Both the position numbers and the translations under genes were made by a program. The notes under the pieces were generated by a model. It was not told the DNA's origin. It saw only the letters and a list, made by a program, of their open reading frames with translations, and searched no databases. DNA of 64,000 nucleotides from Owenia fusiformis (lineage: Eukaryota): the NCBI GenBank assembly GCA_903813345.2, contig CAIIXF020000001.1, forward strand, positions 13,578,001-13,642,000. Direction: 5' to 3'. Numbering within the stretch: the stretch's first letter is position 1; each line of letters begins with the position of its first letter. Below are positions 24,501 to 39,500 of the stretch, piece by piece.

Positions 24501-27500
24501 CCATCGCAAACTAATATAATATCACGGTGGTATGTGAGTTAAAGAAAAGATACCCTAAATAATCCTAACAAAATAATGGATGAATGAACATAATACTAAT
24601 GAAAATAGAAACCGCTATCTATTGCACTGGTGCTGGCTAATGAATAAATAAGTGATGAAGTCGGCATTCTGATACTCAAAGCATCTCTCTCTCTCTCTCT
24701 CTGTTGCATCGTAGATGACAAGAACATAGATGGAGAGGGTGTGGCTTCCACGCTATTGAAGTGGTGCTAATGGATGAGTTGAGGAGTTCAATGAGTCTGG
24801 AGGCCAACATGGCAAAGACATGATCCACTGGTGTAATAGCAAGCACTACTTCTTAAGTAATATCATGAATTACTTATGTAACAAGATAAGCATGCCAAAG
24901 AGTGATCAATCACAAACTTCCAATTTGATACTCAATCCTCATTTAGGTGAATTTTTTCTTTTGATAAGTTATTTCTGATATCTACTTTGTTCATTTACAC
25001 AAGCCATTTGATCTACTTGTAGTTTTTGCCGGACTGTTCAATTTATTTTGTAAATCATGTAAATGCTACTCATTCTGAAAGTAGGTCACATAAGGTCATC
25101 TTGGAACTATTTTTGTAGTAAACATAAACAAAGAATCAGTAAACATCAACAAAAACAAAAGTGAGTCCTTCATAATATTTGAAGATGTTTACGAAATAAA
25201 TATTTATATACTGATTGATTTTAAAATATGGATTGGTTAATGATGATGACAGAGCAAGTAGACAGACTACTAAGAGGATATTTCCTGTCATTTTTTAATT
25301 AATTTGTGTACCTTTGATGCTATCAAAATATGTTCTCGTATTAAAGCAGTGTCATAATTATATGTCAGTTGAGGATTTATAGAAACACTCATCTATCTTG
25401 CATAAAAGGGTGACAGGCAATTAACGAAGGATTGAAAAAGTGGATTACATTGTATAATGTTGCGATAAACTAAGATTTCTCAATATACTAACTTGAGATC
25501 ACGTAAGATCTCTGGCTTCAAGAGAAGAGTTAATTTGATTTCTTTTAATAGAATTCTATTGTGTTCCATGGTTTAATAACTTAGCCTAGAGACATGCTGA
25601 TTTGAGTTCATATGGTTTGAAATGTTCGCTTTTGTTGATGCATGAACTTCAGGTGAATAAATATCTACAGGGAGATAAAAACTATTCTTGTTGTTGAGGT
25701 CATCTTTGGGAGCACCGAAGCCAGATATCGTGGGATGAGTTCAGACACCTCCAAAGGGAACTGTTGTTAATCAATTACCTATGCCAATGAAGCAAACAGT
25801 TTATTCTTTATATGATTACATAACGATTATGAGATGATGTCTCATTGTAGAAAATGAACTCCACATTATACTACTAGACTCGTCTATTGTAAATGCTTCA
25901 ACTGGAACTTCAAATGTGAATTATGACGTGAAAGGCTATAACTATAGAAGTTCACTTAGACTTGGCACAATGTGGTATTAATAGAAATACTAGAAAAAAG
26001 AATACAATGCAGTCTCATTTTTATACATTAATCTTAAAGCACAATGCACCCATAAATTGTTGTTTGAGATGGTAATTTACAAGTGAGGTAGAAGTACTGT
26101 ATTCAGTTGCAGATGTTAAATTATAAGACATTGCAAAATATATGTTGTTATCTTGCAGACAGCGAAGAAAGAGAATTCACAAAGGGCAACATTTGGAAAG
26201 ACAATAGGAAACATAAAATAATCCTAACATGAAATACTATAGAGCAGTATTAAAAGAAACATTTATCAAACAATAAGTTGAAAGGAAACTAGAGATTTGA
26301 TTAATGAGCCATGTTAAATAACTTCATTCTGATGAAGAGAAACCATTTGAGGCCTGGGGGTAAATCTACATAAAAATAATGCCATCGAGATATCTCATGC
26401 TCAGATATATTTTAACCTTTTAAGTACAATCCCATTACATGATTTAATTAAATGTTTTAACTACAGTAATCAAAGACATGAGGCGTCATTTGCTCCACTT
26501 CACAAATAACAATTTCATGACATGATTCTTGTAAAACATGCAATATTGAAATCATTCAGGCCACACTTTGATATTATTATTCATACATTAAATTCAACTA
26601 ATGTAATGTTTATCAGGCTCAGTACTAAACTTTAAACCCATTCTGTCATTTAATAAACACGCCACAGGCTAAAACTCTGAGCTGAATTAGTTTGAACAGA
26701 TTTTCTAAAAAATAAAAAATAAATGAAAGTTTCATCCTAATCATTTCATATGGCTGCAATTAGCAAAGCAAATATTTATGTTATGGTAAATAATTACCAG
26801 ATAAATTCACAAGGCCATCAGAAAGCTGGGTACGATTATTACAAGAAAACATAGTTTTTAATTTCTATCAGAAGAAATTCTCATTACTTATGTTCTCGAA
26901 TTCATTTGCATCTTGTTTTGTATTTTCAAACGCCAATAATTAATTGATGAATAATGATGATTTTATCAACATAGGAATTATGACTAATCACAAGAATATG
27001 CAAATTTTTGTGATTAGCCAATAAAGGACCCACACTCCCACACTCCCAAAGACCCACAACTTTAATCAGCTGTAGAAATTGGTAAAGCTAAGTTCACACC
27101 AACAGCGCTTTGATGGCGCTTTAAAGCGCCGTGCAAAGCCGCTTTAAAAGTATCATCAAAGCGCCGTTGGTGTGAACTTAGCTTAATCTGTAGCATGTGC
27201 GCAAAAAATTCTGATGAGTCGTTTTCTTAAAATGGCGATGACATACCTCTGTACAGTTAAGACAATAATACAGTTTAGCAGCCATGTCCCCTGCTGGTAT
27301 CCATCATATATCAATTTAAACCATCCATAGTGACATTTTCTCAACCAATAATCGAGAAATGGAAAGTGGCGATACCAGGTGAAATAGATACTATGGATAG
27401 ACAGACAGACCAACACTTGGATGGACATATCAACAGCTGGATGGACAGACCAACAGTTGGATGGACAGACCAACAGAGGGACTTCCAGACTGACAGAGAG

Positions 27501-30500
27501 ATGGACAGACAAATGGACATGTGAGCCAAAAAGAGAATCTGAGGTCAACAATAAAAAATGTCTTAACAAAACAAAATGTTAATACCTACAAATGGTAACA
27601 AAAATATAAAAAAAATTAATGTCCTGTATAATTTTTTTACATTTATAACATATTGCTATTACAGTTTTACATATTGCACCTAAATTACTGTAAAATCGGC
27701 ACTAAAATGGCCGCCATTTTTAAATGAGTGGCCATTTTGAAAATCAGTTTTCAAGCAGAACTTCTACTCCCATAGAGTATATGTGTACACAATATTAACA
27801 AAATCAGGACAACAGTATTTGAGTCATTGCCCGGACAGACGGACGGACGGACGCATGTACGGACGGACGGATGGACGGAGGAGTTCCCTATATCCCTGCG
27901 AACTTTGTTCGATGGGATAATAAATTATACAGCCATTATTCAAGTGTGAATAGATTTTTGGTTAATGCCAGGAAAGAGAAAGACAAGCCATTATTCAAAC
28001 TGACATTGATATAATAAATAGGTACAAGTCATTTTAATTAGGCATTTATGTTAATACATAGACAAGGTAGCTATGTGCAGATACGAGCAGAAATACAGTT
28101 ATTCATATGATAGAATGTGCTTATTCTGCTGACTTTACACAATCCTACGCCACCAATCATATAAGCATATTTTCATTTACACAAGTATTACCTAGCTACG
28201 CTATTTATGAATTAATGAAACACAAACATCGTCTAAGTAAAATATTTGAACACACGAATGGATCAAAACTGAATTTATGTTTTCGCCCAACTAACATCAC
28301 ACCCACATAATTACTGAATGTCAAATATATATCATTGAATTAGGTTGTGTTAGCCTTGAAAATTACAATCCATTACACATAAGTACATTCAGTTGTTTGA
28401 ACAAATGATTGCCAAACAGTTTCTGCCTGTCACATAATTACAAATGCATGTTAGATGCCTAGATGCTTGTACTAGAAAATGGCATAAAAGGCAGATAAGC
28501 ACCCAGGAGTCATTTAAATGATAAAATAAGTCAATTGTATTACAGTTTCTATCATCTGTCAACATTTACACACGAGTGCATGACATTTCATCAATTTAGT
28601 TATGACAGATTATTTGGGATCATTGTGTCATCTGGAGAAAATGGCACACAGAAGTAGGTATTTGAATTATGTTTTTATTGAAATGCGAAACTGTCAATAA
28701 TCTGACTAAGATCACAAAGATACCATGGAAATGAACTGTTATCAGGATTATGCCAATTAAAATAAATCCTGTAATCCTTTATTCTAAGAGTGGCGCATCT
28801 ATGATGGATCACTTCATGAATAAATTGTGAATTTTTAGATTTCCGATTGTATTCAAAATACGAATTAAAAACAATTCACATGAGCAGCCGAAAGGGAACA
28901 AATTCCATTTGACTTATGAGTTAAAACTAGAAAAATGGGAACTCCACAGAAAGCAGTCACAAATCAAAACAAACAAAATGTTTACACTTATCATTATGGG
29001 CTGTTTCCCAAAGATTCTGATGTTCAGTATTTCAAAACAGAACTCGTTTTTTGGGTGGTCATTTTGTAAATGAGAACAATACCCTGCATTTCATTTGGAC
29101 AGCCATTTAAGATTTTTTGAGGATCTGATCTGAAACATGATGTAACATTTGTGATCTACTCAATACTTTTGCAGTGGTTTAATTAGTAGCAGGAAACAGG
29201 CGATTTTCACTGGTTGTTTCCATCAAATCGCCTGTTGTTTTTAGAGACTTTTTATCTTTTCCATGTTAAATTTATGATTTCCATTAATGTTGCCTGTTGT
29301 GAGAAATTCCAGTTTTGGAGAAAATATAAATTTCGAACATTTTCCACATATAAAAAATGTATTTCATTGCTCAAAATGGAATTTCATATCAACCCTGAAA
29401 TGAAAGTGATATGTATTCTAATATTTTTATAAACTGTGTCACATACTTCATGAAATAGTTGAATAAATGAGAAACTAATTTCAATACTTCATGAAATAGT
29501 TGAATAAATGAGAAACCAATTTCATTAGGGACATAGGCAACCCATTAGCAAAATTGAAAAATATATTATTATGTCATTATATTGTTTTATCCATTAGCAC
29601 AGTAATGTACTAGAAAATGTAGCTAAATATATACGCACACACACGGCAACAATAGATCATTGTGAATCATGTCATCAAGGCTGATATGGGAAAAAGGCTC
29701 TTTATCATTCAACTTCATTTGGTTTAAAACATCAAACTAATGACTTCATATCAAAACCACCAAGGAAATAAGACTGCATTAAAGGGCAAAGGCTATAATC
29801 AATTTGAAGCACATGTAAAATTTACTTAATGGTGCGGTGTGTATTGAATTCTATTAAGTGCATTATTCCAGAGATGTTTTTGTGGAAGTAAAGTTCTCAT
29901 TTTCAAAATGATTGGTCATACTACAATATGCTAATGTTGCATGATTTTCTCATTGTTAACTGGGTGAATGCAAATAGTATTCGAGGAGGTGTTCAACATA
30001 GGTTCACTAATTTCAATGGGTATTGTATGTTCCACTTGAAGAGGTATACTGCAAGTATAATTGTTAAACTAAGGTAGAATGAATAATTAAAGGCTCACCT
30101 GGTCCTCTTTGGAGAGGAACGGAAATTCAGATACTTTTTTCTTGATGCCTCCGCCAGCGATACAGAGCACATCACAGTGACGACAGAACTTAGGCTTTGA
30201 CTTGATGAGGGACTGGATGTTTATTGCTTCCTCTTTGTCTGAAAGTTGACAAAGAAGTGTATTGGATAATGAAATAGGAGACAGAAACCAATATAGAGAC
30301 AATAATATGTCGTTATAATCTAATGAAAATAGATAGCAGTTACATATTTATGGAATGTTACCACGCTATTCACACGCTTTGATATCTGGATGAATTGAAT
30401 TAATACAATAAAATTAATTTATAATCTAAGCTCACGTTTTACAAAGCCTGTTTTGAAGAGTTCTGGGGATGGGCTTCTAGAGATCTGGTATTGTGGGGGA

Positions 30501-33500
30501 ACAGAGATCTTCAGTAGGTCAGCCAGGGCAGATATGACATTACCAATGTCTTTTGCAGCATGCTCTGACACAGTCAATGTAACAGACACCTAAATAACAC
30601 ATACAACATATACTCCTTTACAAGTGACATCTTTTAGTAATGCATTATCTGAAAATTAAATAAAATAGCAGGTGTTTTTGATATAATACAGCAACAAAAT
30701 AAATAATAACAAAAATTTTGCTGAAATTTTGCTGAAAGGTCAAAATCATAGAATTATTTTCTTGACCTGATGAATGTGCTTGAAAACAGAAGTTTGCATA
30801 CAATTTACATAAAAATTACACATCAACTACATATTTTCAGACAATGCATATAACTAAAGCTCCATACCTGGTTCCCTGCATCTTGCAGGGGCTTGCTTAA
30901 TGTGCTACTGAGTGCAGACACTTTAGACTTCAAGCCATCTGTTACCAGAGCGCCAATATTTTCTTTCTCCTTGATGAAGTCCTCATAGCCTGCATCTGGT
31001 TTCTCCTTTTTGATCTCTTTTTCCAAACTCAGCTCTTTCTCATTCTCTTCTTTAATTATGGGTTCAGCTGGAAAGGTTAATCAGAATCATGCAATGAGGG
31101 AATCATGCAATGTGGGAATCATTGAGTGTGGGAATTATGAAATGTGGGAATCATTACTGTATACATGTATGTCGGAATCATGAAATGTGGGTAACATTAC
31201 AATTACATACTCTCTGAATATTACTTTTGCTGAAGATTGTAAATTGAATATCTTGAGAAATTGTGCCATCTTTTTTCAAATGATGTATCTATATCACGTA
31301 TAACTGCAATCTTTATAGAAAAAGCATTATATGACAGAATATCCACACTTGATAGGTAATTGTAAATGGTTTCGAAGGAGTAATAACATGTTAGACAGCA
31401 GAAATGACAAATGATAAAAAACAAAAAAACAATGACTTCACTTTTTGTATCTCCAAAACGAGTTTTAGACCAAACTGCACATACCTTTTATTGGAATTGG
31501 AGCAATGATGGGAACTAGAGGAGATATAGGTCTTGTATCTGGTTCCTCTCCCTCTTGTTTGATGACCTGGAGTCCAGGGAACTTCACTTTCTCCCCCTTG
31601 AATTCACACTCAGGAGACGATGATGAGATTATTGTGTCTGGAGAGTTGACAGACCTGAAGAAAAACATGAAAGAATACTTGATTAGGTATCATCGCTCAT
31701 GACAAAAACTTATGCTTACTAAAAATCTCTTCATATGAATAAAGTTCTTATCCAATGATACCAGAATATCAGATTATTTGTACAAAAATTAAAATTTGCA
31801 AAATTTAAAAATTTGGTTAAGAAATAGAAAGGAGCATGTAGGTTATCGCAAACAATTTCAAATGATTCTAACTTGAATTATGAATATTTTCTGATCATGA
31901 ACATGGGTGTATCTTTTAGATCCATTCATTATCTTCAAGAAAAGTTTATATATTGATAATTTAGTCAATCAGACCTAAGTGATATTGAAGGGGCAATGGA
32001 CCAATCAACATACTTTTTCAAAAATGTTGACCTAATTTTCACCAAAAATGCAACTTTTTAATATATTGTAGAATGCATAATTAGAATGTGCTTTGAGACA
32101 TGTTCGATTTCCTAAAAGGAAAAGTTGATTGCTCCATGGACTTTAAAGATACTGAATTCGGATGACCAAAATGAACTGAAACCAATGGATAGCATGAGAT
32201 TTTTCAATGGAGAAATAACATGGGGAACACTTATCTTAAAGCAATTAAGTTTTTCTTTCAAGAACTATTTGATACATCAAAATAGAAAATAGTAATGCAT
32301 TAAACATTGTAAAAAATGATTGCATTTTTGGTGAAAATGGGGTCAACATCTTTGAAAAAGTGTGTTGATGGGTTGATTGCTAGTTAAATATCTCCGAGTA
32401 TGTTTGATTTTATTATTACTGTATATAATTTTCTTTGAGATAATGAATTGATCTAAAAGATAAACCTGTCTTCATTGTCAGAAAATAGTCATTATCCAAG
32501 ATATAACCTTCTTAAATTGTTTGCGATAACCTACGTGCTCCTTTCGGAAAAATGAAATTAAGTGAAAAAAGACACCTGTTTGATTACAATAGGTAAACCA
32601 CATGCTCATGAGCTAAAAAGATAAAACCTGAACTTACCTTGCTGCAGAGGCAGGCCTTGGGCCTATTAGAGGTGGACTAGGGTAGCACACAGGCTGTCTC
32701 ATATCAGGTAGGAGACCTTGACGTAAAGACAGCGGTCCACTAGAGCCTTCACCTATCACACCTCGTTGATGTTCTGATTCAGGACCTGAATGCAATACAA
32801 TGTAATAATAAGGTCAGTCAAGCTACATTGCTTAAGAGAGAACTTTGGTTCAAGCATTGCTAACTGACATATTTTAGTGATCTCCCGATTCAACCTGACT
32901 AGATCAAAATAAATTCAATAATTCAACCTTTTAACAGATTTCCGAGAAAGGTGGCATGTTATCTTCAACAGAGTGCAGAATCTAGTAGTTCTTTTGCTTG
33001 AGAACACAATTTTACTTTAAATGAAAAAAGATACATAATACAAAAGCAAATACCATGGTGTAGATAAACATTATTTGAGTACATTTGAAGAGATAAACCG
33101 CTACTATTCTAGTGCTCCCACATATCTATACAATTTAGCAGTAGTATTATAGACTGGTATCATACCTGGTGCAGGAGAAGAGGTGCCATCCATGAGGAAG
33201 CGCCGCCTGGCTCCATTCATGTCTCCAAACAAACCCCTTTGGATGATACCAGGGGGAAGGAGAGGCTCAGGACCAAATGGCTGGTGGTGATAGAAATCTG
33301 GGATGTGATCTATTCTAGCATTTCCATACTGACCCCGCAGAGTAGTGGGTTCTGTAATAATATAGAAACAAAGTCCATAACTTTTAGTGAATGAATAAAT
33401 CAATTTAAACTAATTAAGTCTTGTAAATACAAACAAACAAAGCATGAATTCCTCAATGTGTATATTTACCAGTGAATTTACCACTGCCTGTGAGTGGGTA

Positions 33501-36500
33501 AGGGTTCTGTGTTGTGTGTACAGCAGGTTCTCTGAGCTCCACCTTCAGTGGGTACTCCTTCAGTCTGGTCATAATAGCCTGTATAACAGTTTCAGCATCA
33601 GGGGCGGGCTCAGGGCCATCAGGTTCAGGCTGGAGATCCTGTAGTTCTTGCATAGAGGATGGACTGCTATGTTCCCATGTGGGAGAGCTAGGTATAATCT
33701 CCCCTGATGCAACTGCTCCGATGATATCATCCAAAGTGTCTGTTGTTTTAAGTTTCTTGGCATCTGGGCCTCCATCTGCTGGGCTAGGGGTATTTGTGGC
33801 AGGTGGGGGTAATGTGGCTGGGATAGGGGGTGGTTGCACCTTCTTCTTTTTCTTCTTCTTTACTTTCACTGGTTGTTGTTGGATAATTCGTTGTTGACGC
33901 TCTTCAAATTCACGACGTCGTTTTTCATATTCTTCCCTCAGTTCTGCAAATATATAAAATTGATTCAAATGTTAAAATTTAAGCGTTGAATAAAAAAATA
34001 CAACACATTTGATGGTACCAATACAACATATGTGAAAATTGTGGGATATTTCCTCTGAAATTTTCTTTGGCAGTGTATGCTGTTTTACCATACAAAAAAT
34101 AAGATATATCAATAGAAAAATCCCTTAATCATAATTAAAATTAGGCCCCTTCTTGTGGCAGCCAAGCATTACTTTTGTCATAACAGCATCATATACTCCA
34201 GAACTCTTATCTAAACTATGTGTCATATCTGGCATTCTCTAACTGATATTCTTTTTGGACCTTATTTTATATTGGTGAAACTGCAGTGTCAAATTCTCCT
34301 TATTCTCGTCTCAACAGATAGAGAGGTTAGTAGATTTTGTTATATAGTTCTTATCAAACAAAAGACAACAGCAAAATACCAAATAAAACCTCTTACCCAT
34401 CTCTTGTATCTTCTTACCCAATATCTTTTGTTTTTCTTCAGTTGTTTTCTTCTCCCACTCCTCGGCAGGTACCTCCGTCTCCCTGATGAGAGGCATACTT
34501 TCTATCATAGCTAACTGTCTTTGTTGCTCAGGTGTCAACTTCTTCATATTCTCCTCCATCTCCTAATATGGTCATAAAGAAGATATAATGACTATACCTA
34601 ATGTGGTCATGAACATGCAGGGTTGTATTATAATTTCGTAGTGTGTGTAAATGTTCATTTTTATGAAGAAAAACTGTCATTTGAAATTGGTTGCACATAG
34701 TTAAACAGCTGCATTCAACAAATGTATTATTAAGCAGACTTAAGAGAAGTGACTGTTGGATCATAGGCATACTTGTTGGTGCATATACTGTACATACTCA
34801 GATTATGTACTTCCACTAGACATGTGATATATGAAGCAAATGTGCCAAAGCACCTAAATTTCCATTTGGATGGAAGCAATACTCTGATCATACCTCACTA
34901 AATCTCCTTGATGGGGTGGTTGTCTGACTTCCGGAAGAGCCACTTGAAGCTGGTAGATTATTCTGGTCATTCTGTTTGGGGGTGGCTAGCAACTTTTTCA
35001 ACAGCATATTCTGACTGACACGTTGCTCTTCAGTTATGCTGGGATCATATGATGCTGAAATAAAATAGACTACATTTATACTCTATAGGTACAAGAAATC
35101 ATCATAAAACTTTTAAATTCATTGTGATTTTGCAATTTGCAACGATCCTAGAAACCTGAGAGATTATACAGTTTTACAGAAGAGATTACTAAAAAGTACC
35201 TGTTTTTTCATCAGATTTTTCTTGCTTGATCTCGGCTCTGACAGCTTCGACAAGAGACTGCATGATTCCACTATCGTGCGATGCCGACCTACCCTCCCTA
35301 GCGCCAGGCGATTTTATCTCACCCTCCCCCCTGGCGACAGCTGAGATCGATGCCTCTAACTTCTCAGATGATGACATAGGTTTTGACTTGCTCTCAGCCT
35401 TCTCATGCTTGTGTGTTTCAAATTTGTGGCCATCCATATCATCATCACTTCCAAGTTTTTGGAGGATATTTTCGATGATACCTTGTTGTGATGTGGGAGT
35501 CTGAGGGGTGATTCTCCCAGGAGGTACCATTCCAGGAGGCATCATTCCAGGGCCTGGAGGCATTCCATGGACTCCTGAAGTCACTGGTGATTGGGGCATT
35601 CCTCCATCTTGGCCTAAAAATAGTAATAAATTTTAATTTCATGAATTTTCACTCAAAGTAATGCAGATCCCTCTGAATGGTGCTACAATGATACAACATC
35701 AAATTTTAAATACACTGGTTATACATATCGAAAGCATGTCATTAAAATAATTTCCATTAATACAACATTGAGTTATAAAAATATTGAATTTTGACTACAA
35801 AATCTAGAGTATCAGTTTTCAAACTAAATATTAATTCAAACTAAAAAAGCATTAATAAGCAGTTTCTTTCTATTTGTTATCACCTAATTTGTGCATGATG
35901 TAAAACGTATTGAAACAATATAAAAGCCCTGATATGACAGTGAGTGAAACTAGTAATGTACAAGTTGTACAACATAGTGTGATATTAGATGAGGCCGTTC
36001 ACCCTACATGTACACTGTTATTAGATCAATTACTACAAGAAAAAGCTATAACATGGGATTCTAGTCTACATGTTAAAATCCTGTAGTGTAAATAGAAATT
36101 CCTGAAATAAATACCACACAGAATACAAGATCTCACTATGTGAATCACTATAGGAACAGACATGTGTTAAATATTCTTAGATGCCAAGGCAATTATGAAA
36201 TGGAGACCAAGTTGTAATACAAAATTAAAATATTTATCAAAACATTTTGTAAGCATTGTTTCACTGTCGTGTAGAAAATTCATACTAATATGCAGGTATA
36301 TGCCACATGTCTATTTCTATACATTATAGATGAACACATAGTGAAATACTTTGTACCACAAGGATTGGAGCCTACACCGTTATTAGCTAAAGGAGAGACA
36401 AAGGCCCAGTAGTGAATGTTTAATCTGGCACCGCACACAATTGAATCCACAAACCTAACGCGGCAGCCATTTGCTGGGCATTAGCCGTATTGGGGGATGC

Positions 36501-39500
36501 TGCCGCGGCCTGTTTCTTAGTTCTGCGTTTCCGGCTCTTGCGAATAGGCTTTTCATCCAAGTCTGGGTCGGGAGGGTATTTAGCATCGGCAGGGTAATTT
36601 GGAGCCAGGTGATTAGGGTACCCTATACATATAAATTAGCCACACATACAACTTCAAACAAATATACACCTGGTGAACACTAAATTGTGGTGACTAAAAA
36701 TACTAGTGTTTAAATCAAAGGTGGAATAAAGGTGTAAAAGAAATCATCTACTGTTCCAGTAAGACGTACCTTGTGTCATATGCATGCCGTAAGGCATTCT
36801 GGGGCCCTGTGGACCCTGACCCCCAATGTACATCTCCCCCTCCCTGTTGGCGCCTATACCACCAGGTAGGCGGAATCTTTGGGCCATGTCTCCAGCAAAC
36901 CTCTGTGCAGCTTCATGTACAAATCTGGAAGCTGTAAAATATCAAGGCAAATTTTATCAGTTAAAATATTTCTAGCCCTGTTACAAATGAGTTGTATAGT
37001 ATATAAATTATCATGTATATCCAGTGTATGGAATACAATGAAATGCAACAGGATTTTACATTCTAAGTTGTTTTTATATTTTACCTGGGAACCTTTCCCC
37101 TGGAAACCTTGCTCTCTGTTCCCCTGGATATGGTGGTCTTTGCTCTCCTGGGAAGGGTTGTCTCTGTCTTGGGTCTCCAGGAAATGGTTGACGAGGTTCT
37201 CCAGGATACGGTTGTCGAGGTTCTCCAGGATATGGTTGCCGGGGTTCTCCAGGATATTGTGGCCGAGGTTCTCCAGGATAAGGTTGTCGAAGATCTCCAG
37301 GGTATGGCTGCCTAGCATCCGCAGGATATGGTTGTCTAGGATCTCCTGGATATGGTTGTCGAGGGTCACCAGGAAATCTGAATCTCTGACTATTAGGAGA
37401 AAATTGAGGTGGGGCACTTCCTGGGGGTGAAAAGCGGTACCTATCTCCTCCTGGACCACCAGGTACTCCGGGTCCCCCAGGCCCAGAATTACTGAAGAAT
37501 GGCATCTGTGGAGGTATTGGAGGCTCACCAGGTTCTGGAATAACAAAAAAAGAAGAATACTTTATTCTCACAAGTAAGAAATACAGAATTTTAAACAGAG
37601 GAATTTGTCAAAATCAAAGTTTTGATATTTACAGATCTTGTTGATGAATTTCAGTCTCAATATTCACTTACGTTTCTGGCCTTCCTGCTCGATCCGCTGC
37701 ATTATGCGCTGCTCATCCATATGCTGCTGCATCTGAAGGCGCTGCTTCTCTTGTTGAAGATGCTTCCTCTCACGTTCCTGAAAATTCTCGCTGAATGGAT
37801 TATTCTCATCCTACAAACAAAAAAATTCTCCCTCAATGAATCATTTGTATCCCTCAATGTCACGCTCACTTTTCTCTTTATTTCAGTCTATTATTAAATC
37901 CACAATAATTTGTATTCTTATTCATCTTACCAACACAGACAAGTCCCATTAGTCAGGAAAATCCTCAATCAATTCATTATTGTTTTCTTAGAGTTGTGTA
38001 AAATATGTTTCTTAGTTATGAATATCTGTCAATATAACTAGTATGTTTATTACTTTTCGACTATTTATTGTAGTGAATTAAATGTCCTTTGTATTTACAG
38101 GTAAACAACTATGGATGTACAAACACCATCCATAACATCATATACTCTAACTTAGTTTTTAAGAAATGACAAAATGTTGTTATAAATGATGTTAAACTGT
38201 TTTCTATGTGCATGTAAGAATATTACTGCACTACCAAGCAATGTTAAATGATGCATTTTCAGATTAATCAAAAATGTCCTCATAAATTATGTTTTATTGA
38301 AATAAGGAAAGCTTACAAAGAAGAAATTACACAGCTGAACATACAATGAAAATGTAATAATAATTTCCTTTTAGTAATCACTGTGGAGTAGCTCTATCCA
38401 TAACAGTCATTAGAGAAACAAAATGGACTGACTAGCAACAAGTTGATTAGTACAATTGTATATTAGACATGGTCAGAAAAATGAACGAATGGTTGGAGGG
38501 CTTCACTATATGGATTTTGTTCGCTGGGATAATAATAAAGTACATGTAATACAAATTGAGAAAATCCGACTAAGATATAACACTGGCATTACCTCCTTGT
38601 GCACACATTTGTTATTTTCAAAAATGGACAATAGTGTGGGAAATGGATGGACAGCCTTAAAATATGGTGATACCCTCTACAGAACATTACTATCAAAATG
38701 CCATTTTGTCACTATAACGGCTGTTATGGATTCAGCTACACCTCAGTGATAATGAATGAACGTAAATGAGAAAACTAGAATGTTTATAGATGCAGTAATG
38801 AACATGCAAAGAAAGCTGTCATATTAATTCACCTATATCTAGTGATATATTCCAATGCAAATTAAATTATCTAAATGATTCAGGAGATAGTGTAAGTGTA
38901 ATATTGCTTGTATTGTACTTTATTATCAGTAAAACAATTTTTAGATTTTTAGCTATTTATCATAAGATGACAGATAAACAATTAGATCAAGGTTTTTCCT
39001 GCACTGTGTTTTTCAATAAAGCAATTACAAAGCATTTGTGAAAAGACAAACAAAAACTCATTTCCATGAAGTGTAAGCCATGCAGATTTAGTTTTAATTC
39101 AGTATTTCAGAAGCAATTAGAGGTACAACTTGTAACTTTGTATTTAAATGAACAAGATATTTTTATGAGAAAAGATGAGATATTGCTATCATTTTCACAA
39201 TCTTCATTGAAATAAAGCAAAGGAAAGTAGTTCTATGATCCATGCAAACTATAATTTACTATTACAATATATGCCTATGTCACATATGATATGTTTAATT
39301 GAGTCAGGGGCCCGTTGCATAAAGATCTTAGATATAATATAAAAATTTATCATCAAAATTAATTTCAGATGAAACGGCCCCTGTGTAACTTACTATATAG
39401 TCTGATTGGTTGGGGTGCATCCCATATGACCCGCCCATCATTTGAGGGGGCGGGCCTTGAGGGGGAGGGCCCCCAGGACGTGGCCAACCCATTTTTTGTT

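Noticed and set aside
25664-25760. Phase-0 minus-strand poison exon (FPLEVSELIPRY...*) in the large intron
   Set aside because: The acceptor lacks a pyrimidine tract and there is no other support
37085-37534. RF/YPG repeats as a neuropeptide precursor matching the nested GPCRs
   Set aside because: No signal peptide or dibasic/amidation (G-K/R) processing sites; it is an internal exon of a nuclear protein
36854-37546. 230-aa minus-strand and 183-aa plus-strand ORFs overlapping the octapeptide exon
   Set aside because: Alternative frames stay open because of the 24-nt repeat; only the YPGEPRQP frame fits the splice phases
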